NCBI GenBank assembly: GCA_963745035.1
Contig: CAVUVW010000003.1
Coordinates: 1-18,330, forward strand
Length of the DNA stretch: 18,330 nt
DNA from: an uncultured delta proteobacterium
GTDB taxonomy: Bacteria; Desulfobacterota; Binatia; UBA9968
Direction of reading: 5' to 3'
Below, piece by piece: positions 1-9,970 of this stretch (position 1 is the stretch's first letter; the number at the start of each line of letters is the position of its first letter). The notes beneath the pieces were generated by a model. The model saw nothing but the letters and a program-made list of their open reading frames with translations, was not told the origin of the DNA and did no database searches. A program made the translations under genes and the position numbers.

Positions 1-129
1 TCATCTCAAGAATCACAAGCGCTGTCTTCGACGACGATCCAGGCGTCGCGGGAGCCGGAGTGGAGTTCTTCCCGCGGCGCCGGAAAATCCGGCTTCGGAT
101 TTTATCGGAAGAGCCCAGAAGGCACCCCG

Positions 130-1578
130 TCAGGCGAGCTCTTTCTTCCACTTTTCGGTGATTTTCTGCTTCAGCTCAGGACTTAGGGCATTGACCGGCG
201 GAAACCGATCACGCCAGGCGTAAGGGCGGCAGGCGTTCAGGATCGCGCGGCTGTTGATGAAGTTGCCGGCATCGCGCTGGTCCGGATGCATTGCCGGGTC
301 GAGGGGCGTGCTCCAGCAGCCGTCGATAATGGTCATCGCGGTCTTGGGATCGCAGCGGGTCGATACCGCCCAGATGACTTCTTTCATATCCGATGGATCG
401 ATGTCTTCATCGACGACGATCACGAAGCGGCCATGATAATTGCCCGCGCGCGATCCGAGCGCGGCGATCGCGGCTTGCTGCGCGTGACCATGATAGCGTT
501 GCTTAAGCGACACGACGATAAACGGCGCGCCGCCGGCGGGCGCCGATCCGCCGACGTAGCACCATACGCCTTTGATATCCGGCACGTCGGCTTTCTCGAG
601 ATAATTCCAAATCGCCGCCGCGCCGATCGGAACGCCGAAGGTGATGAATGGCGGCTTCAACGGCGGCGCGCCGCAGAGAATCGGATCATTGCGATAATAA
701 AGCCGCTTTACCCGTATGACCGGCTCGTTGGCCGCGCCATGCGCGTAATAGCCCGGCCATTCGCCGAACGGACCTTCCATGTGCACTTGTTCTTTGGGCG
801 GCGGCACTTCGCCTTCGATGGCGATTTCAGCCGTCGCGGGAATCGGCAAGCCGGTCACTTCGCCGCGTATGACGTCCACGGGCGCGCCGCGCAAGCCGCC
901 GCCGTAATCGAGCTCGGACATGCCGTAAGGGATCGATTGCCCGGCGACAAGGAACAGCAGCGGGTCTTGCCCGAAGGTGACGACGACCGGACAGTTCCTG
1001 CCTTTCTCCCAATATTTTTCGCGCATGATGCGCGCGTGGTGTCCGGGCGAGACGTAAAGGCCGAGCGTATTTTTATCGTGAACCTGGACGCGGTAAATAC
1101 CGACATTGACCCAACCGCCTTCTTCCGGCTCGCCGGTGATGACGCAATCGGCTGTGCCGATGTAACGTCCGCCGTCGAGCTCGTGCCAATGCGGCGTCGG
1201 AAATATCGTCATGTCGATATCGTCGCCGGTTTTGACGTTTTCCAGAATCGGCCCGCTCGCTGACGACGCGCGGAGGAATGGGCTTTACGCCTTTGAGAAT
1301 TTCTTTCCACCGCGCGACCAATTCGATGGGCGCCGCGTCCGTGGGCATGCCGACCGTCAGGCCGGAGCGCGCCGGCGTGTTGATCAGATTGGCCGCGACG
1401 CGGAAATTCGGTGGGTGATCGGGATCTGATCGAAGAGAACCAGCGGCGAAGGTTCTTTGAAGGCGAACAATTCGGTCAGCGCGCCGATCTCCAAGTTCCA
1501 GTGGGCGCCGTGGATTTCTTTGACTTGACCAAGCTCGCGAGCGGCATCGATAAACTCGCGCAGATCGTTGAAAGGCAT
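130..1578 (-). CDS. UbiD-family (prFMN-dependent) decarboxylase; two compensating single-base frameshifts near 1421 and 1258
   Basis: N-terminus MPFNDLREFIDAARELGQVKEIHGAHWNLEIGAL (ATG at 1578). Middle segment IPDHPPNFRVAANLINTP...KPIPPRVV is in another frame. C-terminal ORF 130..1212 has VNVGIYRVQV, EGPFGEWPGYY and IVVDEDIDP..EVIWAVSTRCDP motifs. Total span of 1449 nt is a multiple of 3. Confidence 0.92.
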
Positions 1579-1605
1579 AGTGCGTGTAAGGTCCCTTCGA
1601 TGATC

Positions 1606-1687
1606 ACCACGAAGGACACGAAGCACGCGAAGGAAACAAGATCGATGTCTGGATTCCGTTCTTCGTGGCCTTCGTGCTCTTCGTGGT
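1606..1687. repeat. Intergenic inverted repeat built from 9-nt-period CACGAAG units
   Basis: ACCACGAAGGACACGAAGCACGCGAAG (1606-1632) pairs imperfectly with CTTCGTGGCCTTCGTGCTCTTCGTGGT (1661-1687) across a 28-nt spacer. Confidence 0.85.
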
Positions 1688-1699
1688 AGACTCTGGTTT

Positions 1700-2501
1700 T
1701 TAAAAGTGCTTCAGTTCTTGCGCGTGTCTATAAATGCCGTCGTGAAACAGCGCGACGTAGTCGGCGTTGGTGAGACAGCAATATTCCGGTCCCCAGCCGG
1801 GGCGATACCAGGTATTGCCGTCCTGCAACAGCCGCTCGAAGATCATGCGCGCAACTTCGCCGTGTGCCATCAGGCCGTCCAAGTGCTCGTGCAGATCCGC
1901 TTCTTCGTGGACCTGAAAATAGTGCAGATCGGCGTCTTTGATCTTGTATTTATCGAGCAACGCCTCGCGCCAGCGTTTGGCCCAATGGCCGAACATTTCC
2001 TCGTTGAGCGAGCGCGCCCACCATTCGATCATGCTGCCTTCGTAAACCAGGCCGCGGGCGAACTCGGTGAGCGCGCGGCATTCGGCGAAAACTTCGCAGT
2101 TGATCATCTCATCGACCGAAACGCCGAACGCTTCGCCCTGTTTGATCAAAATTTGAATATGGCCCGGAATGCTCGGGTTCACCAACTCATCGCTGATCTT
2201 GCCGACATAGGGCGCGAGCAGGTCGCGGTGGCGCGCGAAGATGCCCTGGTGGCGCTGGTAGATGATCAAATGAAAATTGTTGATTTCCACGGGATAGCTG
2301 TACCAGTGGCGCCAGAAAAGCTTGATCGTTTCAAACGGCAGCTTGCCCGCTTCGAGATCGCGCATGAACGCGCCGCCGAAAATCTGTTTCATTCCAGCGC
2401 GCGTACATGCGCCGTTTGATCTCGTCGGTAAAAGCTTTCGCCTCGTCGGGCGAAAGCTTTTTGCCGATTTCCAACGTCAGCGGCTTTGGATCGATTCCCA
2501 T
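1700..2501 (-). CDS. Heme-oxygenase-like fold (TenA/PqqC/CADD-like) iron-containing redox protein; +1 frameshift near 2388
   Basis: Start MGIDPKPLTLEIGKKLSPDEAKAF (ATG at 2501) joins ORF 1700..2392 if one A is removed (WNEQIFGG). Candidate metal ligands: DELVNPSIPGH, NEE and YFQVHEEADLHEH (CADD-like HxxxDxxH). Confidence 0.7.
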
Positions 2502-2518
2502 GGCTGGAGACTGCGTGG

Positions 2519-3437
2519 TTAGAGATTGAAGCCGGCATTCACCAAACCTTCTTTGAGGTCCGCTTTGTCTTTGTCCGTGAACGGCGGCGTTTCCCAGCGC
2601 GGGAAACGTTCCACCGGCAAACCGCGCAGTTTCATCAGCTCGCAGAACACGCCGCGTCCGTGGGTGCGTAAATATTTGCCGACCACCTGCATGAGCCGGG
2701 TCAGCAGATCGTGTTCCTTTTGCGCAGCTTTCAGATCGCCGGCTTTGAGCGCTTCGTACATTTTTACGCAGGCCTCGGGAAAGGGCGTCGACGGCGGATG
2801 GATCGCGCCGCGCACGCCGACGGAGTAGCCGGTATAGAGGGAAAAAATTCCGCCGGGAAAAACTCCGGTCGTCTTCGGCAATTGATAGACGTAGCCCAGC
2901 AGTTTGTCGTAGGCGATGAACGAAACTTTGATGCCGGCGAGACGGATTCGGCGCGATCGCCTCGATGATCTTGTTGGCTTTGGCCGGAGTGATCTCGACC
3001 CAGGTGGTTTCCGTGTTGTCGTAAATGAACATGGGCGTGCCCGGAACGGATTTAGCGATCGCTTTGTAATGCGCATAGACTTCCCAATCATCGTGCGGAT
3101 AGTAGTAGGGCGGCACGACACCTACGGCATCGACGCCGAGGCTCACGGCATGCTTGGCGAGTTCGATGGACGAAAGCGTGTTCGCCGTGCCGATGTGCAT
3201 CACGACCGGCACGCGGCCGCGCACGCGCTTGACGATCTGCTCGGCGACTTTCTTGCGCTCGTCGATTTCCATCACCATGCCTTGGCCGTGGGTGCCCAGG
3301 GGAAAAAAGCCATGCACGCCGGAGTCCAAATAGAAATCGATGATCGCGTCGGTCGCGGCGTGATCGATGGCGCCGTCTTGTTTGAACGCCACCGGCATGG
3401 GCATCAGAATGCCTTCAATTTTTTTGTCGCTCGGCAT
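2519..3437 (-). CDS. Dihydrodipicolinate synthase / N-acetylneuraminate lyase (DapA) family aldolase; +1 frameshift near 2945
   Basis: RBS GAAAGGAG, then MPSDKKIEGILMPMPVAF. Motifs GFFPLGTHGQ, GRVPVVMHIG, VVPPYYY and FIYDN. After the frameshift, LAGIKVS contains the Schiff-base Lys. Confidence 0.9.
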
Positions 3438-3569
3438 AGGCTCTCCTTTCGGAAACGTGAATTGGCTCGATTGTCTCGTATCCATAGCGCAACAGGTGGA
3501 TAATTCCACCCCGTATCGCTTTGCCATGAAAGATGCTAGTGCGTGACAAATAATCTTCAGGAGGCAAGA

Positions 3570-4083
3570 ATGGCGGAAAAAAATCCAGTGGTGTTGATGA
3601 CGACGAGCAAGGGCAATATTCGCATCGAGCTCGACGCCGAGAAGGCGCCGATCACGACGAAGAATTTTCTCGATTACGTGGGCGAGGGACATTACGACGG
3701 GCTTGATTTTCCATCGGGTGATTCCGGGCTTCATGATCCAGGGCGGCGGCATGGACGCGCAGATGAAGGAGAAAAAGAACCGCGCGCCGATCAAGAATGA
3801 AGCAGCGAACGGCCTGAAGAACAACGTCGGAACCGTCGCCATGGCGCGCACCAACGTCGTCGACAGCGCCACCTCGCAGTTTTTCATCAATGTAAAGGAC
3901 AATGATTTTCTCAACCATCGAAGCGCGGCGCCGGCGGAGTTCGGCTACGCAGTATTCGGCCGCGTGATCGAAGGGATGGACGTGGTGCAGAGCATCGAGA
4001 AGGTGAAAACCGGCAACAAAGGCCAGCACCAGGACGTGCCGGTCGAAGCTGTGACCATCAACTCGGCGAAAGTCGAAGGCTGA
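3570..4083 (+). CDS. ppiB: Cyclophilin-type peptidyl-prolyl cis-trans isomerase (PpiA/PpiB family); +1 frameshift at GGG 3699-3701
   Basis: [49 protein letters not shown] joins [33 protein letters not shown] and GYAVFGRV. Confidence 0.93.
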
Positions 4084-4107
4084 GAAACGCCGCGAGCGCG
4101 CCGCTGG

Positions 4108-4863
4108 TCACGCCGTCCAAATTCTTCGTGGATCGTACTTTCGCAGCGCGGCTATTTCCCGTTCGCTCGGCGGCGCAGTTTCGCCGGCGCTTTCGGCGAT
4201 TTTGAGCCGCCAGCCGGTTTCCTTTTTCACTTGCGCGACGGTGACGCCCGGATGGAGGGAGCTGAGCAGCATTTCGCCGCTCGCCGCGTCGAAGGAGAAG
4301 ATTCCCAGACTGGTGATCACTTTGCTTGGGCCGCCGCCGGACAGCCCGTTTTTCAATCGCCCGCGGCCGCCGCGGCCGAAGCCGGGCGAGGTGATGAAGA
4401 GAACATTGCGGGCAAAGCGCCGCTTCTCGTGGTTCATGATGATGATGCAGCGCTTGGCCATGGTCGCGATATCGGCGGCGCCGCCGCTGCCGGGCAGACG
4501 AACGCGCTTGCCGTTCTCCTCGACCCAATGTGTGTTTAGGTTGCCAAAACGGTCGATCTCGGCGCCGCCGATGAAACCCAAGTCCACTCTGCCGGTCTGC
4601 AACAGATTCATCGCGTCGTTGAGACCGCCGCAGTAAAGCGCGCGGGCGACGTTGGCCGGATCGCTCATGGTCAGGATCGACTCCAGCGCCGGCCAATCGC
4701 GCACCACGCCGTTCTCGAAGATGCCGATGGCGCTCGGCGCGTGGGTTTCCTTGGCGACGGCAAAGCCGAGGAGCGGCAGGCGCATGCCGACGAACACTTT
4801 GTCGCCGTCGCGGATCTCGCGCGCGGCAGCCGCGACCATCAGCTCGCGAAGCGTATAGTCCAT
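4108..4863 (-). CDS. Family I CoA-transferase subunit B (glutaconate CoA-transferase GctB-like)
   Basis: ELMVAAAAREIRDGDKVFVGMRLP, FENG (catalytic Glu position), GGAEIDRFGNLNT, RLPGSGGAADIA and FITSPG motifs. Confidence 0.9.
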   Translation of the reverse strand: MDYTLRELMVAAAAREIRDGDKVFVGMRLPLLGFAVAKETHAPSAIGIFENGVVRDWPALESILTMSDPANVARALYCGGLNDAMNLLQTGRVDLGFIGGAEIDRFGNLNTHWVEENGKRVRLPGSGGAADIATMAKRCIIIMNHEKRRFARNVLFITSPGFGRGGRGRLKNGLSGGGPSKVITSLGIFSFDAASGEMLLSSLHPGVTVAQVKKETGWRLKIAESAGETAPPSEREIAALRKYDPRRIWTA

Positions 4864-4872
4864 CCTAAAAAC

Positions 4873-4932
4873 GTTTCGAGTTTTGGGTTCCGGGTCTCGG
4901 TTAACTCCAAAACCGAAACTCGAAACACGAAA
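4873..4932. repeat. Intergenic inverted repeat of degenerate heptamers (GTTTCGA / TCGAAAC)
   Basis: GTTTCGA-GTTTTGG-GTTCCGG-GTCTCGG followed by TTAACT and CCAAAAC-CGAAAC-TCGAAAC-ACGAAAG. Confidence 0.75.
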
Positions 4933-4939
4933 GCGAAGG

Positions 4940-5374
4940 CTACGCCTTCGCGAATGCGTCGATGCCCGCTTGGCCGATCTGGCGATCGACGGCGGAGGGG
5001 GCGCCGCTCACGCCGACCGCGCCGATGCACTGGCCGTCCACAGTCACCGGGAGTCCGCCTTCGATGCTGATGAACCAGCCGGGACCGACCGCGAGAGTTT
5101 GCGCCAGCACTTGATGATCGGGAATCTCGCTGCCGTCGCGGCCTGTTTTACCGGTAGCAGCGGTAGTCAGCGCCGCGCTCCGCGCCTTGGCCTGAGAGAT
5201 CAGCGTATTGTGTGTCCGACCGTTGGTCATGCGCTTGAAGGCCATCAAATGCCCGCCGGCATCGACGACGCAGATGCTCACGACCTGTTTTAATTCTTTG
5301 GCCTTCTCGACGGCGGCGTTGACGATGATATCGCAGCCTTCCTGAGTCAGTTTCATCGACGGCATGGTTTTCAT
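4940..5374 (-). CDS. GlcG/HbpS-family heme-binding protein
   Basis: VSICVVDAGGHLMAFKRM, SQAKARSAA, IEGGLPVTVDGQCIGAVGVSG and DRQIGQAG motifs; GAGGAGG RBS. Confidence 0.9.
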   Translation of the reverse strand: MKTMPSMKLTQEGCDIIVNAAVEKAKELKQVVSICVVDAGGHLMAFKRMTNGRTHNTLISQAKARSAALTTAATGKTGRDGSEIPDHQVLAQTLAVGPGWFISIEGGLPVTVDGQCIGAVGVSGAPSAVDRQIGQAGIDAFAKA

Positions 5375-5411
5375 ATTTTCCTCCTCGGTTTCTGGCTGGC
5401 TGAAATCGGTC

Positions 5412-6324
5412 TCAGTAGCTGAAATTCACGGCCGGCGCGAGCAGCTCTGCGCCCGGCTTTAATCTTTCGACTCTCTCCGGCGGCAAACGGCCCAAGAACT
5501 GGTGGTGATCGGCGACCTCGAGCACCCATTGCCGCACCCAGCTCTCGAAGCCCTCGCGGAGGCGCGTCGCGCGGTGATAGTCGAAATAGAAATCGTCGTC
5601 GCGGCGCGCGTAGCCTTGGGTCGGCGATGGAAACGACCCGAAGGGCTGGTGCACCACGCTGGAAACCACGAAGCCGGGAATCACGGTGCGATTGGGATCG
5701 CCGAGAATCACGTCGTGATCGACGATCTCTTCGCAGGTCAAAATCACTTTTCCGGACGCCAGCGCCGCTTCGCGCATGACGCCCGAAGTTGCCCCAGACG
5801 TGGGCGTTGCCTTCCCGGTCGGCGCGTTGCGCGTGAAGGATCGCAACGTCTGGGCGGATGGCGCGCACGGCGATCAACTTCTCACGCGTAAACGGGCAAC
5901 GCACCCGTTGAAACTGTTCCCCGTTAGCGATGTCGCTGCCGATGATCGTACGCGTGGGGAGAAAGGGCACGCCCATCGCCGCGGCTTGGAGTCCGAGCCC
6001 GATGGTGAAGTTGGAGTGCTCTTCGATTTCGATCGGCCGAGGAATGCCGGCTTCGGCGGCGCGGCGGTAATTGTGCCCGAGGCCGGCGGCGACGTTGCCG
6101 ACCCATGACGCGATAATTTTACGCACACAGCCGGCGCCGATCAGTTGATCGAATTGCATGTCGGAGATCGGCCCGATCAAGGTTAAATTGCTTTTATTCT
6201 GCCGAATGATTTCGTGACTGGCAGCGAAAGGAATGAGCGATTCGAGGGCGCAGCCCATCGCGATCGACATGCCGTCGTCTACGTCGCGGGCGATCGCGTC
6301 GTGCAGCGAGCGGAGCTTGTCCAT
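5412..6324 (-). CDS. Family I CoA-transferase subunit A (GctA-like); +1 frameshift at CCC 5782-5784
   Basis: MDKLRSLHDAIARDVDDGMSIAMG, PFAASHEIIRQ, AAAMGVPFLP and PDVAILHAQRADREGN. The C-terminus (VILTCEEIV, PNRTVIPG, GYARRD) lies in ORF 5412..5846. Confidence 0.9.
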
Positions 6325-6554
6325 CGACAACTCCTGTATCTGCTCAGACGCTTCAGTTCAACTGCGCGGGCTGATATCGCAGCGTCGTCCGTTAACGTTA
6401 GCGCCAACCAGCGCGTTCAATCGTATCCGTTGGACTATCGCGGCGTTACTGCGCAGATAGTAAGCGAGTTGCGTCGAATGTGGATCTCGAAGTGTTGATT
6501 CAGTGACAGTCAAGGAGCCAGCTATGCTCCTCACCGCAAAGAACTAAACGTATT

Positions 6555-8013
6555 CTACGCTCGTCGTCCCGCGGTCAACGTAAAATTCTCGCGGCGAATA
6601 TAGACATGGCCCGCGTCTCTCTTGCTGACCAGCTCTTCCACCAGCTTCACCAGAGGTTTTCGCGCATCCAGATATTCTTTGCGCGGCGGCGCGCCTTTGA
6701 GAGCGTCGACGAACTCCGGGCCGGCGTAGTAGCGCGAGCAGTAGTTCTTCATCCGACAGACTCGGCCCGCCGTATTTCTTTCTTACTTCTTCGAGCGATA
6801 TGTCCGGCACTTTAAAATTTTCCATTTCCCGAGCGCGGGAGCGATTCAAAACTTTCGCCTTCACCTCGGCGTCCATGTATTCGGCGCCTTCTTTGCCCCA
6901 TAGTCCAATTGCATACTGGATGACTTGATCCGTAACCTCCTTGTAGCGCTCGCCCGTTATGACGTTGATCGCGGCCTGGCTGCCGACGAATTGCGCAAAG
7001 GGAGTCACCATGATCGGGTAGCCGAGCTCGGCGCGGACCTGGACGATTTCCTCCAGAACCGTTTGCATCTTGTCTTCCTTGCCAAGCATCTTGAGTTGAT
7101 GCCGCAAGTTGGAAATCATGCCGCCGGGAACCTGGTGGCGATACCAGGTCTCGTCGTATTCCCGCGGCGTACCGATCGGCAGTCCTTCTTCTTCGGCGAC
7201 GCGGCGGAAGTGTCGCTCGACGGGCTCCAGCACACTTTCATTGACCAAAGGCTTGTAGCCCAGGGCGCGCAGGTTGCGGGCGACGTTGAAGATCGACGGC
7301 TGGGCCGAGCCATTGGCGAGCGGCGGCACCGAAGTATGAACGATGCGAATGCCTTGCTGGACGACCTCGAGGACGTTAAATGGAGCCAAACCGTTGTTGC
7401 AGTGCGCGTGAAATTCGACCGGAACGTCGCCGGCGTTATCCAGCACGATCCGAGAAAGGACCTGTGCCCGATCCGGGGTGAGCATGCCGCCTACGTCTTT
7501 GAAGCAAAGGCGATAGGGTTTCATCGCCGCGGCCTCGCGCGTTTTGCGCGCGTAGTACTCATCGGTATGGCGCGGCGAGATGGAGTAGATGATATTTACC
7601 ACGGAGTCCATGCCGAGATTTTTGAGCTCCGCGACTTCGTTCTTTAACGCCCCATAATCATTCCATGGGTCGGATAGCCGGGTGAGGGTAATACCGTAAT
7701 GTACCACGCGTTCGATAATGAGCCGCGGGATGCAGGCAGGTGTGAGAGTAAAGCCGCTGCTCAGGCCGCCATGATAGCGCAGTCGGGTGTGCTTGATTTC
7801 CTTTTGGCCGTAGCGCACCCAATCCCAGGGATCGTCGCGCTGCTCGCGCACGACTTTTTTGAAACGGCCGCTGACGAAAAACTCCATGCCGTCGAAGCCG
7901 GCCTGGTCCATGTGGCGCAGCGCGGGATGCATCATGCCGGTGGTCATATTGTGCGCCCACAGGCTCGTATTGCCGTCGCGCAGAGTCGTATCGACGATGC
8001 GGATTTCCTCCAT
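6555..8013 (-). CDS. Pyruvate carboxyltransferase-domain protein (PycB / OadA / transcarboxylase 5S-like) lacking a biotinyl domain; +1 frameshift near 6736
   Basis: GGAGG RBS, then MEEIRIVDTTLRDG. Motifs CFKDVGG, FHAHCN, HQVPGGMISNL and YPIMVTPFAQFVG. The tail RYYAGPEFVDALK...AGRRA* is in ORF 6555..6752. No AMKM biotin motif. Confidence 0.85.
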
Positions 8014-8180
8014 CGTAATCCTCCGGGAGAAGAGCGTTGTCGTTTCAAGCTTTGTTAACCTACGTTCGAGGCTCGATACAAGAGGGATTGACTTCGCGTG
8101 CCGCACGCCATGCAATCATCTTGACAGCCGACCGCAACGACGACTATGAGAGCGGCAGAACTGGCGAAGGAGATCGACCT

Positions 8181-9158
8181 ATGAAACAGGCGCGAAGCAC
8201 GGCTCTCGGCGCGGGTTATATGGTTTTCGTTGCGGTGTTGCATTTGTTTCTTGGCGCGGCGGCCGCCCAGCAAAAACCCAAGCTCCGCCCGCTCCATATC
8301 GCGCTCGCCAATCATTCGGCGACCATGACCCATATTTATATCGCCAAGCACCTCGGCATTTTCGAAAGCTACGGCTATGATGCGCGGGTTTTGGTCCTCG
8401 AGCCGCGCGCCGGTCTCGCCGCCATGCTCGCCGGCGAGCTCGATTTCTACTCCGCGATTGGCTCAACGGCGCGCGCGGCGCTGCGAGGTGTGCCGGTGCG
8501 CGTCGGACTGGTGTCTCTCAATCGTCCCGACTTCGTCCTCGTTGCGACAAAAGATATTACGACGATCGATCAACTCAGGGGAAAAGTAATCGGCGGCTAC
8601 ACGCCGCAGGGAACGGTGAATGTCGTTCTGGGGGAATTGCTGCGCCGCAAGGGATTGAAGCCGGACGAATACAAAGTCGTGAACGCGGGCACCGCGCGCG
8701 CGGCGGCGCTTAGCAGCGGCACCGTGCAAGTCGCTATGCTCAATAGCGTCGAGACCGTGCGTATGGTGAAGCAGGGATTTCATGTGCTCGCGCGAGCGGG
8801 CGATGAACTGGAGTTGCCGCAGAGCGGGCTAGGCATGTCGGTCGCGTCCATGCAATCCAAGCGCGATTTCTTCCGGCCGGCCGTGCAAGCCGTGGTCGAG
8901 GCAATCCGCATTATCGTCACCCAAAAGGAGCGGACCGTCCCCGTGCTGATGAAGCAGCTCGCGCTCAATCAGGAAGAGGCGGGCTATGTTTATGACGGAT
9001 TATTGAAGGGGTGGGCGTTGGACGGCAAGCCGACGGCGGGCGCCATGAAGCTCGAATTCGAGCTGGATCAGCGCGACATGGGGCTGAAAGAGCTGCCCAA
9101 GCCGGAACAGGTGTTTGATTTCTCGCTGCTCGACGAAGTGCTCGCGCAGAAACGTTAG
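8181..9158 (+). CDS. ABC transporter substrate-binding protein, NMT1/THI5/SsuA-like
   Basis: GGAG RBS before ATG 8181; hydrophobic signal region ending AAAAQ; IYIAKHLGIFESYGYD, AAMLAGELDF, DITTIDQLRGKVIG and VFDFSLLDEV. Confidence 0.85.
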   Translation: MKQARSTALGAGYMVFVAVLHLFLGAAAAQQKPKLRPLHIALANHSATMTHIYIAKHLGIFESYGYDARVLVLEPRAGLAAMLAGELDFYSAIGSTARAALRGVPVRVGLVSLNRPDFVLVATKDITTIDQLRGKVIGGYTPQGTVNVVLGELLRRKGLKPDEYKVVNAGTARAAALSSGTVQVAMLNSVETVRMVKQGFHVLARAGDELELPQSGLGMSVASMQSKRDFFRPAVQAVVEAIRIIVTQKERTVPVLMKQLALNQEEAGYVYDGLLKGWALDGKPTAGAMKLEFELDQRDMGLKELPKPEQVFDFSLLDEVLAQKR

Positions 9159-9227
9159 TGCCCGAACATATCACCACGAGGTGAGTCATGAGCTTACACT
9201 CGCCCATAGATGCTAAAAAATGCCTGG

Positions 9228-9328
9228 CAAAGATTCCTCACATCCGTTCGCAATGACGAACAATAGTAGACGCTTGTCATTTCGAACCCTTCGACGGTGC
9301 TCAGGATAAACTCCGTGAGAAATCTTTG
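9228..9328. repeat. REP/REPIN-like inverted doublet with an insert in the right arm
   Basis: CAAAGATTCCTCAC-ATCC-GTTCGCAATGAC (9228-9257) is the near reverse complement of GTCATTTCGAAC-[27 nt: CCTTCGACGGTGCTCAGGATAAACTCC]-GTGAGAAATCTTTG (9276-9328). Confidence 0.8.
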
Positions 9329-9370
9329 TCTCTGTTATTTTCGAAGGAGTGAATCAGGAGCTGGCGGGCT

Positions 9371-9886
9371 GTGCGTGCTCGACGCGAAGGCGGTAGCATT
9401 GTGGTCCGTGACCGGCCCGGAGCTCATTGGGCGCTCGGGCTTTTTCTTCTTGCCGGCGGTTGCGTCACCATGGCAGCAGTGCTCGGATTGGCTACAAATG
9501 CCGCCACATTGAGCGTATGGGCTCGATTGGGTTGTTTTGCGATCGGCGCCGGCGGTTCTGCCGGCGCTCTGTGGTGGTTGGCTCGGGCGCCCGCATCTCG
9601 CACGACAATCGATCTGCTCCGGCGCCGCGTGCAGGTAGCACGTTGGGGAATCAGCGGACGTTCGCTGCGTGAGCTGGAATGGCATGAGCTCGCGGGAATG
9701 ATGCTCGTCTTCGGAACAGATAGCGAGGGTGGAACAGTGGTGCGACCTACATTTCAGCTTCACAGCGGCGAAGTAGTGCCGCTCTCCCTGCTGTGGTCGC
9801 ACGACACCGCAGGGATTGAAACCCTGCTCAGCGAACTCGCCCGCGATTGCCAGCTATCGAGTCTGCAAGCAAAATCGGAGACATAG
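9371..9886 (+). CDS. Hypothetical membrane protein (two predicted TM helices plus a beta-rich C-terminal domain)
   Basis: CAGGAG upstream of a GTG start; hydrophobic segments HWALGLFLLAGGCVTMAAVLGL and WARLGCFAIGAGGSAGALWWL; fills the gap between flanking genes. Confidence 0.65.
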   Translation: MRARREGGSIVVRDRPGAHWALGLFLLAGGCVTMAAVLGLATNAATLSVWARLGCFAIGAGGSAGALWWLARAPASRTTIDLLRRRVQVARWGISGRSLRELEWHELAGMMLVFGTDSEGGTVVRPTFQLHSGEVVPLSLLWSHDTAGIETLLSELARDCQLSSLQAKSET

Positions 9887-9970
9887 CGAATTCGCGCGCG
9901 GCTGCACCGGCGCCACGGCTTCCAAACATGGAAATCCGTAAGTCTTGGTTACCTTTCGCTATCGCGCGAT

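Noticed and set aside
1-129. Possible 3' end of a + strand gene at the left edge
   Set aside because: Several frames are open and none is recognisable; too little sequence to call.
2331-3914. 527-aa ORF as a single fusion protein
   Set aside because: It is an artefact joining the antisense of the cyclophilin, the DapA N-terminal half and the start of the next gene through frameshifts.
1606-4932. CRISPR interpretation of the short periodic repeats
   Set aside because: Units are 7-9 nt, inverted and lack unique spacers; no cas genes.
6397-6424. GTTAGCG / CGCCAAC-CAGCG-CGTTCAAT resembling an attC left end
   Set aside because: No matching L' or properly spaced GTTRRRY downstream, and no cassette ORF.
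9154-9160. GTTAGTG at the SBP stop as a cassette core site
   Set aside because: It does not fit GTTRRRY and is simply part of the CGT-TAG codons.
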